A stretch of 64,000 nt of DNA from Longimicrobiales bacterium. Lineage in GTDB: Bacteria > Gemmatimonadota > Gemmatimonadetes > Longimicrobiales > Gaopeijiaceae. The notes below the pieces were generated by a model. It was not told the DNA's origin and made no database searches. It was given only the letters and a program-made list of their open reading frames with translations. The stretch spans positions 448,001 to 512,000 of the forward strand of contig JAWLHJ010000001.1 in assembly GCA_041690395.1 (NCBI GenBank). Reading direction: 5' to 3'. Position 1 is the stretch's first letter. The number at the start of each line of letters is the position of its first letter. The position numbers and the translations under genes were made by a program. Below, one piece after another: positions 49,200 to 60,674 of the stretch.

Positions 49200-51977
49200 T
49201 TGGACATCCCGCCCAAGACCGTCCCACGCATCTTCCTGATCGACGCGTACGCGCTCATCTACCGCTCGTACTTCGCGTTCATCAACCGGCCGCTCACCAA
49301 CGCCCAGGGCGAGAACACCTCCGCCCCGTTCGGCTTCACGCGGTTCCTCCTCGACATCCGGGAGAAGTTCGAGCCGGACTACCTCGCCGTGGTGTTCGAC
49401 GCGGGCAGCTCGTTCCGCGACGAGATGTACCCGGATTACAAGGCGACCCGCGAGAAGATGCCCGACGACCTGCGGGCGAGCCTCCCACGGGTGCGGGCCA
49501 TCGTGGAGGGCTTCAACGACGCGGTGCTGGAGCTCGACGGGTACGAGGCCGACGACGTGATCGGGACGCTCGCCCTCAAAGCGCGGGATGCCGGGCTGGA
49601 AGCCGTGATCGTCTCGGGCGACAAGGACTTCTACCAGCTCGTGCAGCCGGGCGTGCACCTCATGAACCCGGGGCGCGGCGGGGCGAACGGCGTCGCCGCC
49701 GAGTGGGTCAGCGAGGTGAACGCGCACGAGAAGTTCGGGGTCCCGCCGAACCGTGTGATCGACTATCTGGCCCTCGTGGGTGACTCTTCGGACAACGTGC
49801 CGGGAGCGCGCGGCATCGGCCCCAAGACGGCCGTGAAGCTCATCGAAGGGTATCCGGACATCGAGTCCCTGCTCGCCGCGGACGACGTGAAGCCGGCCCG
49901 GGCCGCGAAGGCGCTGCAGGAGCACGCCGACGACGTGCGGGTCTCCAGGCGGCTCGTCACGATCATGACCGATCTGCCGGTCGACCTCGACCTCGAGCGG
50001 CTCGCGCTCGGCGATCCGAACAACGACGAACTCCGGGACATCTTCCTGGAGCTCGAGTTCCGGCGGCTCACGGAGCAATTCGCGGAGGCGGCCCAGGAGG
50101 AGGGCGCTCCGGTCGAGGGGCTCGCCCGGGCCGACGTCGAGTACCGCGTGGTGGCGGACGCCGCCGAGCTGGACGCGCTCGTCGACCGCCTGCGGGGCGA
50201 GGAGGTCGTCTCGGTCTTCGCGCAGGCGTCCGAAGCGGATATACTGCGCGGCGAGCTGGTCGGCGTGGCGTTCGCGGTGCCGGGCGGCGAGGCGTGGTAC
50301 CTGCCGCTCGGGCACGCCCAGCGGTTCGAGCTGGCGTTCGAGGGGGAGGGGGACGACGGGCCGGCGAACCTGCCGCGGCTCGACGGAGAGAGCGCGGCCA
50401 AGCTGCGCGCGTATCTGGAGGACGAGGGCGCGGCCAAGGTGGGCCATGACCTCAAAGCCACCGCGTTGGCGCTTTCGCTGCACGGCATCACGCTGCGCGG
50501 GATGGCGTTCGACGGCATGGTGGCGAGCTACGTCATCGATCCCGGCCGGCGGAGTCACGACCTGGGCACGCTCTCCATGGAGCTGCTGGGGCACAAGCCG
50601 AAGGAGCTGGCCGACGTCATCGGCTCCGGGCGCGACAAGGTGGCCGTCGTGGAAGGCGGCGTGGAGCGCATGCGGGACTACCTGTGCGAGCACGCGCACG
50701 TGACGCTCGAGCTACGCCCGCACCTCGTATCACAGCTCGAAGAGCACGAGTTGGCGGGTCTGATGCGGGACCTCGAGATGCCCCTGGTGCCCGTGTTGGC
50801 GCGTATGGAGCGCGCGGGCATCAGAATCGACGACGACTTCTTCAGGACGATGCGGATCCGGCTCAAGCGCGAGCTCGATCAGATCCAGGAGGAGATCTTC
50901 AAGATCGCGGGCGGGGACTTCAACCTGAACTCCACGCCCCAGCTCCGGCAGGTCCTCTTCGAGAAGCTCGACCTCCCGGTGCTCAAGAAGACCAAGACCG
51001 GCCCTTCGACCGACGCGTCGGTGCTCGAGGAGCTGGCTGAGATGGGCCATCAGGTGCCGCGCCTGATGATGGAGTACCGCGAGCTCGAGAAGCTGCGTTC
51101 GACCTACGTCGACGCGCTGCCGCAGCTGGTGAACCCGCGCACCGGGCGCATCCACACGAGCTTCAACCAGACCGTGGCGGCAACGGGCCGGCTGTCGTCC
51201 AGCGATCCGAACCTCCAGAACATTCCGATCCGGACCGACCTCGGGCGCGAGATCCGGAAGGGCTTCGTGGCCGACCCCGGGACGCTCTTCCTGGCCGTCG
51301 ACTACTCCCAGATCGAGCTGCGCGTGCTGGCGCACTTTTCCGGCGATCCCGCATTCGTGAAGGCGTTCCGCGAGGGGATCGACGTGCACCGGCAGACCGC
51401 CTCCGTGATCTTCGACGTGGACGTCGACGACGTGACCGCCGACATGCGGGGGCGCGCCAAGACCGTGAACTTCGCCACCCTGTACGGCCAGGGTCCCTTC
51501 TCTCTGGCGAAGCGCCTCGGCATCTCCCGGGAAGAGGCGAAGGCGTTTATCGACACGTACTTCGAGCGGTTCCAGGGGGTTCGCGACTTCCTCGATGCGC
51601 AGGTGGAGTCGGCGAAGGAGCTGGGGTACGTGGAGACGCTCCTCGGGCGGCGCCGCTACGTCCCGGAGTTGAAGTCCGGGAACTGGAACATGCGGCAGTT
51701 CGGCGAGCGCGTGGCGCAGAACACGCCCATCCAGGGGACCGCCGCCGATCTCATGAAGAAGGCGATGATCGAGGTCCAGGACGCGCTGGACGAGGCCGAG
51801 ACGTCGGCGACCATTCTGCTCCAGGTGCACGACGAGCTCCTGCTCGAGGTGCCGGAGGGTGAGGTCGACGAGGCCCGCGACATCGTGGTGTCGCACATGG
51901 AGGGCGCGCTGGAGCTCGACGTGCCGCTCGTGGCGGACACGGGTGTGGGGCCGAACTGGTACGAGTGTAAGGGCTGA
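49200..51977 (+). CDS. polA: DNA polymerase I
   Basis: 5'-3' exonuclease (EADDVIGT, GDKD, GDSSDN), TGRLSSSDPNLQNIP, DYSQIELR, R..AKTVNF..LYG and LQVHDELL motifs. Confidence 0.97.
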   Translation: MDIPPKTVPRIFLIDAYALIYRSYFAFINRPLTNAQGENTSAPFGFTRFLLDIREKFEPDYLAVVFDAGSSFRDEMYPDYKATREKMPDDLRASLPRVRAIVEGFNDAVLELDGYEADDVIGTLALKARDAGLEAVIVSGDKDFYQLVQPGVHLMNPGRGGANGVAAEWVSEVNAHEKFGVPPNRVIDYLALVGDSSDNVPGARGIGPKTAVKLIEGYPDIESLLAADDVKPARAAKALQEHADDVRVSRRLVTIMTDLPVDLDLERLALGDPNNDELRDIFLELEFRRLTEQFAEAAQEEGAPVEGLARADVEYRVVADAAELDALVDRLRGEEVVSVFAQASEADILRGELVGVAFAVPGGEAWYLPLGHAQRFELAFEGEGDDGPANLPRLDGESAAKLRAYLEDEGAAKVGHDLKATALALSLHGITLRGMAFDGMVASYVIDPGRRSHDLGTLSMELLGHKPKELADVIGSGRDKVAVVEGGVERMRDYLCEHAHVTLELRPHLVSQLEEHELAGLMRDLEMPLVPVLARMERAGIRIDDDFFRTMRIRLKRELDQIQEEIFKIAGGDFNLNSTPQLRQVLFEKLDLPVLKKTKTGPSTDASVLEELAEMGHQVPRLMMEYRELEKLRSTYVDALPQLVNPRTGRIHTSFNQTVAATGRLSSSDPNLQNIPIRTDLGREIRKGFVADPGTLFLAVDYSQIELRVLAHFSGDPAFVKAFREGIDVHRQTASVIFDVDVDDVTADMRGRAKTVNFATLYGQGPFSLAKRLGISREEAKAFIDTYFERFQGVRDFLDAQVESAKELGYVETLLGRRRYVPELKSGNWNMRQFGERVAQNTPIQGTAADLMKKAMIEVQDALDEAETSATILLQVHDELLLEVPEGEVDEARDIVVSHMEGALELDVPLVADTGVGPNWYECKG

Positions 51978-52105
51978 TATCCGTCCCGTCCTCCCATCCG
52001 GGCGCCCCGCCGCTGGACCCATCGTTGGGGTCGACAGGAGCCGGAGCGCGCCCCGCCCGAGGCGGGCGGCCCCTCCGGCCGCACACCCAACCGGAGGACA
52101 GCACC

Positions 52106-52474
52106 ATGAGCCGCTCCATCAACAAGATCACCCTGATCGGGAACGTCGGCCGCGATCCCGACGTCCAGCAGACCAAGAACGGAACCAAGGTGGCGCACTT
52201 CTCGCTCGCGACGAACCGGCGGCCGGCGCCCGGCGCGGAAGACGAGGAGCAGCGCACCGATTGGCACCGCCTCACGCTCTGGAACCGGCTCGCCCAGTTC
52301 GCCGAGGACTACATCCGCACCGGTGACCGGATCTACGTCGAGGGGCGCCTCGAGTACGACTCGTACGAGCGCGACGGGGTCGTGATCCCGACGGCCGAGG
52401 TCGTGGTGCGGGAGGTCGTGCTGCTGTCGGCGAAGAGCGCGGCGGACGAAGAGGAGATGTCCGAGGCGGCGTGA
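52106..52474 (+). CDS. ssb: Single-stranded DNA-binding protein (short form)
   Basis: NKITLIGNVGRDP, FSLATN, TDWHR and G..IYVEGRL motifs; ATG after GGAGG. Confidence 0.9.
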   Translation: MSRSINKITLIGNVGRDPDVQQTKNGTKVAHFSLATNRRPAPGAEDEEQRTDWHRLTLWNRLAQFAEDYIRTGDRIYVEGRLEYDSYERDGVVIPTAEVVVREVVLLSAKSAADEEEMSEAA

Positions 52475-52482
52475 CGAGGAGC

Positions 52483-52562
52483 GAGCCCGCGGGTTCGGGC
52501 CCTGGGCCCGCGGGCTCCCCGGACTCGCGGGCTCCCCCCGGACTCGCGGGTCTGCCCCCCGG
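52483..52562. repeat. GC-rich hairpin and short tandem repeat between convergent genes
   Basis: GAGCCCGCGGG...CCCGCGGGCTC inverted repeat, then about two copies of CGCGGGCTCCCC(CC)GGACT. Confidence 0.55.
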
Positions 52563-52567
52563 CCCGC

Positions 52568-54697
52568 CTACAGCCAGGGCGTGAGCCCCGGGGCGATCGA
52601 GAAGACCGCCTCCCAGCCGCCGCCGTCGAGGCCGCGGACGAGATCGACGCGCATGACGTCCCAGGCCATCGACAGCCCCGCGCCGATGGACGCCCGTATG
52701 CCGTCCGAGTCGGTGGGCGTCCAGAGCTCGGGCAGCGTACGGTCGCCCAGGTAGGTCGCGCCGAGCGCTCCGACGAGGCGGATACCGACCCACTTCTCGT
52801 GCACCGGGAAGGTGGTCTCGCTCCGGACCAGCCAGTAGCGGTCGCCGACGAATCCGCGGTAGTCGTGCCCGGCCAGCGTGTGGCGGCCGCCGAGCAGGTA
52901 GAGGGCCTGGGCCGGTGCGCCTCCGGTCACGCCTCCGGCCGACGCGCTGAGTACCCCGTGGCCCTCCAGGAACGGGAGCTCGTAGCTGCGGGACGCGTCC
53001 ACTTCGGCGGTCGCGAAGTTGCTCGTCTCCATGCGCCCCGCGGTGAGCGTGACGGTCGTCGAGAGGTTCCGCGACGGCTGGAAGGGGAGCGCGAGCTCGA
53101 TGCTCCCGAGCGTCCCCCGATCGATGCCCCGTACGGGCCGCCACTCCGTTGCTTCGGGGTCGTCGGCGACGACATTGGTCGCCTGGTGGTGCTGCTCCCA
53201 CCGGAGCGTGAGCGACGGGCCCGTCAGGCCCCGGCCGGTCCGGAACGCCAGGGCGGCGCCGCGCGTGAAGTACGGGTCGAGGAAGTCCTCCTCGCCGGAG
53301 AGGGCGGCGATCGTGTTCTCGAGCGGAGGGGCGCCGGGGTGTCCCCCGATGTCCCGCATGTCGTTCCAGTAGAGCCGCACCTCGGGTCGAATCCGGGTGG
53401 TTCGGGCCGACTCGATGGACAATGCGCCGGTGGGCTCGCCGCGTCCGAAGGCGTATCCAGCGGAACCCCGCATGCGGATGTCGTTCGCGGGGCGCACCGT
53501 GAGGCCGGCGCCCAGGAAGGCCCCCTCGCCACGGTTGTAGCGGAAGAACTCGGAGATCCTGGAGAGGTGGAAGCGGAAAGGGGCGAGGCCGGACAGGTAC
53601 CGGTCCTCGACGACCTCCCGGACCTGCGTCTCGACGTCCTCCAGCGCCGGCGTCGTGCTGAGCCCTTCCTCGTCCAGGTCGTCGAGCAGCCCCTGCTCGA
53701 ACTGGAACGCTTCGCGTTGGGCCGGCGATGCCGAGCTGACGTTGCGGCCGGCGAAGGTGAGCGGGCCGAAGTCGACGTTGAAGTCGTAGTCCCTCACCTC
53801 GAAACGTCCCCGGATGACGCTCCCCGCCATGAAGTCGAGGAGGGGGATCTCGCGCCGGATCTCCATCTCCTGCCGGTAGGGGAGCCAGTGGCGGCCCATC
53901 CAGAGGGAGTTGTCGAGCGACACCCGGATGTAGTCGACGTACGGATCGACGTAGGACGCGGGGGTGAACGAGAAGTTCATGCGCACGATGGCGCCGGACG
54001 CCTGGTCGACGAACACGCTTCCGACGAAGCCGGGTTGGTCGAGACGCTTCGGGCGCACCCGCAGCTCGAACACCCGGATGTCGCCGCCGCCCTCCGGGAA
54101 GCGGAGGGTCAGCGAGTCGTTCAGCATGAAGTCGTAGACCGACTCGGAGCCCGGGGCCGCGGGGTGTGGGACGGCGGACACCTCGTCGCCGTCGCCCATG
54201 CGGATGTTGTCGCCGAAGTCGTCCTGGACCACGGTCAGGTGATCGAGGTGATAGCGGATGTCGGTCGGCAGGAATTTCTCGTCACGAAGCCCGATGATGT
54301 GCTGCCGGGTGCGGTCGGGGGCCTGCCACATGACCTCGAGCGCGATCTGGTCGGCCTTCACGAGCGAGCGCAGGTCCTGGTCGGGCCGGTCCATGAAGAA
54401 GTAGACGTAGCCCCGCGCCTGAGCCCGGTAGGAGTGCATGGTGCTGTCCACGACGAGCGACTGGCGCTGCTCGCGTGCGCGCTGGACGAGGCGAAGGGCG
54501 CGTGGAGCGTTCCAGGTCCCCGCGGCCACGTCGGACTCCGCGAGCGCCGGATCGGTCATGGGGGGAACGTCCTGTCCGGCCGCGGTCCGCGGGGCGAGCG
54601 CCAGGCCGAGGAGGGCTCCGCCCACCAGGGCCGCGCGGACGAAGCCCGCGGCCGCCGTGCGGGCCGTGCGGGTCGAGCGCACCAACGCCGTCGTCAT
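52568..54697 (-). CDS. Exported protein with a probable C-terminal outer-membrane beta-barrel
   Basis: Signal peptide ending AAG-Q; RYNRGEG motif followed by alternating amphipathic beta-strands; function unknown. Confidence 0.7.
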   Translation of the reverse strand: MTTALVRSTRTARTAAAGFVRAALVGGALLGLALAPRTAAGQDVPPMTDPALAESDVAAGTWNAPRALRLVQRAREQRQSLVVDSTMHSYRAQARGYVYFFMDRPDQDLRSLVKADQIALEVMWQAPDRTRQHIIGLRDEKFLPTDIRYHLDHLTVVQDDFGDNIRMGDGDEVSAVPHPAAPGSESVYDFMLNDSLTLRFPEGGGDIRVFELRVRPKRLDQPGFVGSVFVDQASGAIVRMNFSFTPASYVDPYVDYIRVSLDNSLWMGRHWLPYRQEMEIRREIPLLDFMAGSVIRGRFEVRDYDFNVDFGPLTFAGRNVSSASPAQREAFQFEQGLLDDLDEEGLSTTPALEDVETQVREVVEDRYLSGLAPFRFHLSRISEFFRYNRGEGAFLGAGLTVRPANDIRMRGSAGYAFGRGEPTGALSIESARTTRIRPEVRLYWNDMRDIGGHPGAPPLENTIAALSGEEDFLDPYFTRGAALAFRTGRGLTGPSLTLRWEQHHQATNVVADDPEATEWRPVRGIDRGTLGSIELALPFQPSRNLSTTVTLTAGRMETSNFATAEVDASRSYELPFLEGHGVLSASAGGVTGGAPAQALYLLGGRHTLAGHDYRGFVGDRYWLVRSETTFPVHEKWVGIRLVGALGATYLGDRTLPELWTPTDSDGIRASIGAGLSMAWDVMRVDLVRGLDGGGWEAVFSIAPGLTPWL

Positions 54698-54825
54698 GAC
54701 GAGGGGCGCGGTGGGCGCGAGGATACGGGTCGGCGATACGGCACGGCGGGATCTCCGAAGGGAGGCCTCGGGGCGGGATGGGCTCCCTGGTGGTACGCGG
54801 CGCTCACCCGGGCGGTTCCGGAACG

Positions 54826-54857
54826 CGAGAGGCCCTCCCCGGGGGAAGGGCCTCTCG
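54826..54857 (-). terminator. Hairpin downstream of the sigma factor gene
   Basis: CGAGAGGCCCTCCCC-GG-GGGAAGGGCCTCTCG. Confidence 0.55.
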
Positions 54858-54913
54858 TGGAGCGGCGGGTTCGAGCGCGAGCCGAGCGGATCGCGCGGCC
54901 CGGCGGGGTCGCG

Positions 54914-55774
54914 TCAGTTCGGCGTCCAGAACCCGGAGAGCGACTCACCCTGCGGGCTCTCGCGCAACTTCTCGAACGCGCGGTTCCGGATCTGGCGGAT
55001 CCGCTCGCGCGTCACGCCGAGCAACGATCCGATCTCCTCGAGGGTGCGCTCCTCGCCGTCGTCGAGCCCGTAGTAGAGATACAGGATCTTCCGCTCGCGC
55101 TCGGTGAGATAGGTCTCGAACATCGACTCGAGGAAGTCGCGTCGCGCGGCGGCCTCGATATCCTCTTCGATGTCGGATCCCTCGGCGCCGGCGAACCGCT
55201 CGCCGAAGCTCGAGCTGTCGCGGTCGCCGCGGTCGATGGGCGCGTCGAGGCTCAGCTCGGACGCCGCGACCCTGCGAAGCGCGCGCACCGTCTCGACCGG
55301 CTCCTCCATCTCGTTCGCGATCTCCTGGTCGGTCGGAGACCGTCCGAGGCTCTGCGTGAGCTGGGTGTCGGTGCGCGAGAGCCGCGCGAGGTTCGAGTTC
55401 TGGTTGAGCGGGATGCGCACGGAGCGCGTCTGTTCGGCGAGCGCCTGCAGGACGGTCTGGCGGATCCACCACACGGCGTAGGAGATGAACTTCACGCCCT
55501 TGTCCGGATCGAACTTCTTCACGGCCTTGAGCAGCCCTTCGTTCCCGATGCAGACCAGCTCGGCGAGGCCCAAGCCTCGTCCCTGGTACTTCTTCACATA
55601 CGAGATGACGAATCGGAGGTTCGCGGTGACCAGCCGCTCGGCCGCCTCCTTGTCCCCGACACGCGCACGCCGGGCGAGCTCCCGCTCCTCCAGGGGGTCC
55701 TGGATGAGCGGATACTTCTCCACGTCCTGTAGGTACTGGTCGAACGAATCCAAGCCACGAGAGGAAGAAAACAT
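54914..55774 (-). CDS. RpoD/SigA-family sigma70 factor lacking region 1.1 (group 2-like)
   Basis: ANLRFVIS, GNEGL.KAV.KFD, KFISYAVWWIRQ and TLEEIG..LGVTRERIRQI; 286 aa. Confidence 0.92.
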   Translation of the reverse strand: MFSSSRGLDSFDQYLQDVEKYPLIQDPLEERELARRARVGDKEAAERLVTANLRFVISYVKKYQGRGLGLAELVCIGNEGLLKAVKKFDPDKGVKFISYAVWWIRQTVLQALAEQTRSVRIPLNQNSNLARLSRTDTQLTQSLGRSPTDQEIANEMEEPVETVRALRRVAASELSLDAPIDRGDRDSSSFGERFAGAEGSDIEEDIEAAARRDFLESMFETYLTERERKILYLYYGLDDGEERTLEEIGSLLGVTRERIRQIRNRAFEKLRESPQGESLSGFWTPN

Positions 55775-55921
55775 TCGAGCGATCGTTTCCTCGGCTGCGG
55801 GTCGAACGGACCGTGACTCGGCGGGTCGGCACAGCGACGATGGACGTGTTCGTCGCGGCTCGAAACAGCCGGCCCGGATGCTAAGGCGTGAAAATGAAGG
55901 TAAGAACGCCTGTTTACAGGG

Positions 55922-56959
55922 TCAAAGGTTTTTTTCCGCAGCGTCGGGTGCCGCTGCGGTCGCGTCGGCGGCCGCGGCGGGCCCACGACCCCCGAACTCC
56001 GCGGCCAGCGAGGCGGCGCTCGGGCCGTTCACGAAGAAGAACATCCTGAGGGAGCGTCCCTGTTCGTCGCGGAGGTCGACACGCCGGTAGAACTCCTCCT
56101 CCACGACCTCGCCCAGAGTCAGCGTGCCGAGCTCCACGGCCCGCCCCGTGCGCCCTCGAGGACCGAAGACGAACGCCGGCTCGTCCCCGCGGACGACCAC
56201 CCACCCGGTCGCGAAGCGGGCGAGTCCGGGCAGCCGCAGAATACCCGCTCTTGCGCCACGGAGTCCGCCGCCCGGCGCCATGAGGTCGTCCTCGAGCGTG
56301 CCCCTGACCCAGGTGGGCAGCCGGTCCGTGGGCGTCCACACCCGCTGCCGGAAGGACTGGAAGGCACGGGCGGACGCCAGCCGGGTCGCGAACACGAAGG
56401 CGCGCACGCGGGTCGGCGCGAAGGGGATGCCGATGAGCAGAAGGGCGACGCCCGCTCCCAGCGCGATGCGAGGCTGGTCGAGTGACAGGACGACCAGGGC
56501 GACGACCGTGGCGTCCTCGAGCAGGGAGACGAGGAGCGGATGGGGCCCGGGGGCCGGATCGAGCCAGCGGAGGAGCGCCGAGCCCGAGCGGACCGCATGC
56601 GAGAGCGACGTGAGCAGCCCGCCGAGCAACGCGCCGGGAACGACCACCGAGAGACTCTGGCCATGGAGGAGCAGGGCGGCCAGGAGGGCCCCCGAGACCG
56701 GACGGATGAGCGCATGCACGGCGTTCCAGACTAGGCCGGAGGCGGGCCGCCGCTCGGCCAGGAACTCGAGCGCGTAGGTCAGCCCGATCACGACGACGAT
56801 CGAGGTCGCGTCGAGGTCGCCGAGCGCCCCGGGAAGCGGGTGGTCCCACCAGGGCAGCGTGGGCGCGGCACCGAGGACGAGGAGCGTCAGGTAGAGATCG
56901 ATTCCCGCCGCGATCACCAGCGGAAGGAGGATCCACAGCTCGGGGGCGAGCTCGGGCAT
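55922..56959 (-). CDS. DUF4126-like membrane protein with a C-terminal soluble domain
   Basis: AAGIDLY, LEFLAE, W..VH..IRP..GA and SLLED pattern. Confidence 0.7.
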   Translation of the reverse strand: MPELAPELWILLPLVIAAGIDLYLTLLVLGAAPTLPWWDHPLPGALGDLDATSIVVVIGLTYALEFLAERRPASGLVWNAVHALIRPVSGALLAALLLHGQSLSVVVPGALLGGLLTSLSHAVRSGSALLRWLDPAPGPHPLLVSLLEDATVVALVVLSLDQPRIALGAGVALLLIGIPFAPTRVRAFVFATRLASARAFQSFRQRVWTPTDRLPTWVRGTLEDDLMAPGGGLRGARAGILRLPGLARFATGWVVVRGDEPAFVFGPRGRTGRAVELGTLTLGEVVEEEFYRRVDLRDEQGRSLRMFFFVNGPSAASLAAEFGGRGPAAAADATAAAPDAAEKNL

Positions 56960-56977
56960 GGGCCAGGGGCTCCGGCT

Positions 56978-58249
56978 TCAGCTCGCCGCGGACGGCTCGG
57001 TGAGGAGGAGGACGGCGTTGATGCCGCCGAACCCGAAGGAGTTCGTGAGCAGCGCCCTGACCCGCTGCTCGCGTCCCCGCGGGCCCGTGACGTAGTCCAG
57101 GTCGCACTCCTCGTCGGGATGCTCGAGGTTGAGGACGGGAGGCACCCAGCGGTCCCGGATCGTGAGGCAGGCGATACCTACCTCGATGGCGCCCGACGCG
57201 CCGAGCGCGTGCCCGTGGTAGGGCTTGGTCGCGGTGACGGAGACGCGGTCCGCATGGTCGCCGAGCGCGACCCGCACGGCCCGGCTCTCTGTCGGGTCGT
57301 TCAGCGGCGTGCTCGAGCCGTGCGCGTTCACGTGGTCGATGTCGGTCACGTCGAGGCCGGCGGCGTCGATGGCCGTCGTCATGCAGGCCGCCGCGCGTGA
57401 GCCGTCGGGCCGGGGCGCGGCCATGTGGAAGGCGTCGTTGTTGGTTCCGTAGCCGGCGATCTCGGCATAGATCCGGGCGCCCCGGGCCTTCGCCCGCTCG
57501 GCATCCTCGAGAATCAGGACGCAAGCGCCCTCGCCCATGACGAAGCCGTCGCGGTCGCGGTCGAAGGGTCGGCACGCGGCCGAGGGGTCGTCGTTGCGCT
57601 TGCTCATCGCCCGCATCGAGGCGAAGGCGCCGTAGCAGACCGGCGCCAGGGGGGCGTCCACCCCTCCGGCGAACGCCACGTCCACGGTGCCTTCACGGAT
57701 GAGACGCGCGGCCTCCCCGATGGCCATGGTTCCGGCGGCGCAGCTCATCGCGTTGGTCGAGTTGGGGCCCGTGACCTGGTACTCGATGGCGATGTGGCAG
57801 CTCGCCGCGCCGGCGAAGGTGGTCGTGGCGATGCGCGGATCGATGGCACGCGCGCCCTCCTGGATGAACGCCCTGAGCTGTGTCTCGGCGTGGGAGATCC
57901 CTCCCATGGCGGAGCCCATGAGCACGGCCGTCCGGTCGCCGGCGATGGCCTCCGCGTCGAGGCCGGCGTCATCCATGGCGAGCCTGGCGCTCGAGAGGGT
58001 CAGCTGGACGAAGCGGTCGAGCCGACGAACCTGCTTGGCGTCGAGATAGCGCTCGGCGTCGAAGTCCGGGAGCTCGGCGGCCATACGGCTCCGGAACGGC
58101 GTCGCGTCGAACGCGGTGACGTCGCGTATGGGAGAGCGCGCCGCCCTGAGGCCTTCTCTCAGCTCGTCGACACCCGTGCCGACCGCCGTGATCGGCCCGA
58201 TTCCGGTGACCACCACCGTCCGCGCCTCGCTTCGCCGTCCGACCTGCAT
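56978..58249 (-). CDS. fabF: Beta-ketoacyl-ACP synthase II-like
   Basis: VVVTGIG, SCAAG (Cys), PFDRDRDGFVMGEG, NAHGSST, GHALGA and NSFGFGG motifs. Confidence 0.88.
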   Translation of the reverse strand: MQVGRRSEARTVVVTGIGPITAVGTGVDELREGLRAARSPIRDVTAFDATPFRSRMAAELPDFDAERYLDAKQVRRLDRFVQLTLSSARLAMDDAGLDAEAIAGDRTAVLMGSAMGGISHAETQLRAFIQEGARAIDPRIATTTFAGAASCHIAIEYQVTGPNSTNAMSCAAGTMAIGEAARLIREGTVDVAFAGGVDAPLAPVCYGAFASMRAMSKRNDDPSAACRPFDRDRDGFVMGEGACVLILEDAERAKARGARIYAEIAGYGTNNDAFHMAAPRPDGSRAAACMTTAIDAAGLDVTDIDHVNAHGSSTPLNDPTESRAVRVALGDHADRVSVTATKPYHGHALGASGAIEVGIACLTIRDRWVPPVLNLEHPDEECDLDYVTGPRGREQRVRALLTNSFGFGGINAVLLLTEPSAAS

Positions 58250-58552
58250 CCAGCCTCCTCCCTATCTCTCTCACGTTCCGCCGAGTCTCCACCGATGGCC
58301 GACCGGCACGGCGTCCAGGACGCGCGAAACGTGTTCCAGCACCCCGCCCGTGGCAACCTGGAGGGGCGCCCCGTGCGGGACGCGAACACCCGGCGACCAG
58401 CGTATCGGTGGACTGACAGGCCGGAAATGGACAAGTTTGATGTCTTTCCGGGCGACTTTCGCGTCCGGAATTCGTATGAACGAGATCTTCCGGCGGCTGG
58501 TGTCGCAGCGCACGATCGGTGGAGCCGGAAACCCAGCTCTAGGAGAGCATAC

Positions 58553-60175
<1,623 letters not shown>

Positions 60176-60197
60176 ACGGCAGCCGAGCGGCAGTGAC

Positions 60198-60235
60198 GAA
60201 GGGCCGGCGTGGAGATCCATCCGCGCCGGCCCTTC
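60198..60235 (+). terminator. GC hairpin after pckA
   Basis: GAAGGGCCGGCGTGGA-GATCCA-TCCGCGCCGGCCCTTC. Confidence 0.65.
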
Positions 60236-60320
60236 CGCATGGTCGGACCTTGCCGGCGGCCAGGGTGCGATCGGTCGCGGGCGCGCCCCCGACGGTGGGG
60301 GTGCGTCGTTCCTGCGCCAT

Positions 60321-60465
60321 TCGAAAGTCGTTCGAGAGTCGAACGATTCTCAGGGAGCCGTGTGGCCTGGGCCGTGAGCGGATCTCCGCGCCGGACCTGG
60401 GCTCCGAAGCCGACGCCGCGCGCGGCGTAACGGGAGCGATCGTTCGAACCTCGAACGACTTCCAA
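60321..60465. repeat. ~145-bp inverted-repeat-bounded element, copy 3
   Basis: Left arm TCGAAAGTCGTTCGA-GAG-TCGAACGA; right arm GATCGTTCGAACCTCGAACGACTTCCAA; 145 bp. Confidence 0.87.
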
Positions 60466-60674
60466 CCTGGCGAACCGAGCAGCGCGACCGCGCCGGGTGA
60501 CTGCGCGGGAGCGTCGCGTGGCGGGCGGGAACCCGATGTCACAGACACCCGACGCGCGTCGCACCTGTCGATGGCGCACCCGGCTCCTTCGATTAGCTTC
60601 GGAGTCTGTCGGCCCGCCGGATTTCCGAGGCGGGCTGCTCGGAGGGCAGGTATCCCGCAACGACCGGAGCATCG

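Noticed and set aside
56978..58249. FabF as part of a type II PKS with the ACP at 10.2 kb
   Set aside because: About 46 kb apart, in different compositional zones, with no chain-length factor or cyclases.
57425..58552. N-terminal extension of the 916-aa pckA ORF
   Set aside because: Antisense to fabF; the real start is ATG 58553 with an AGGAG SD.
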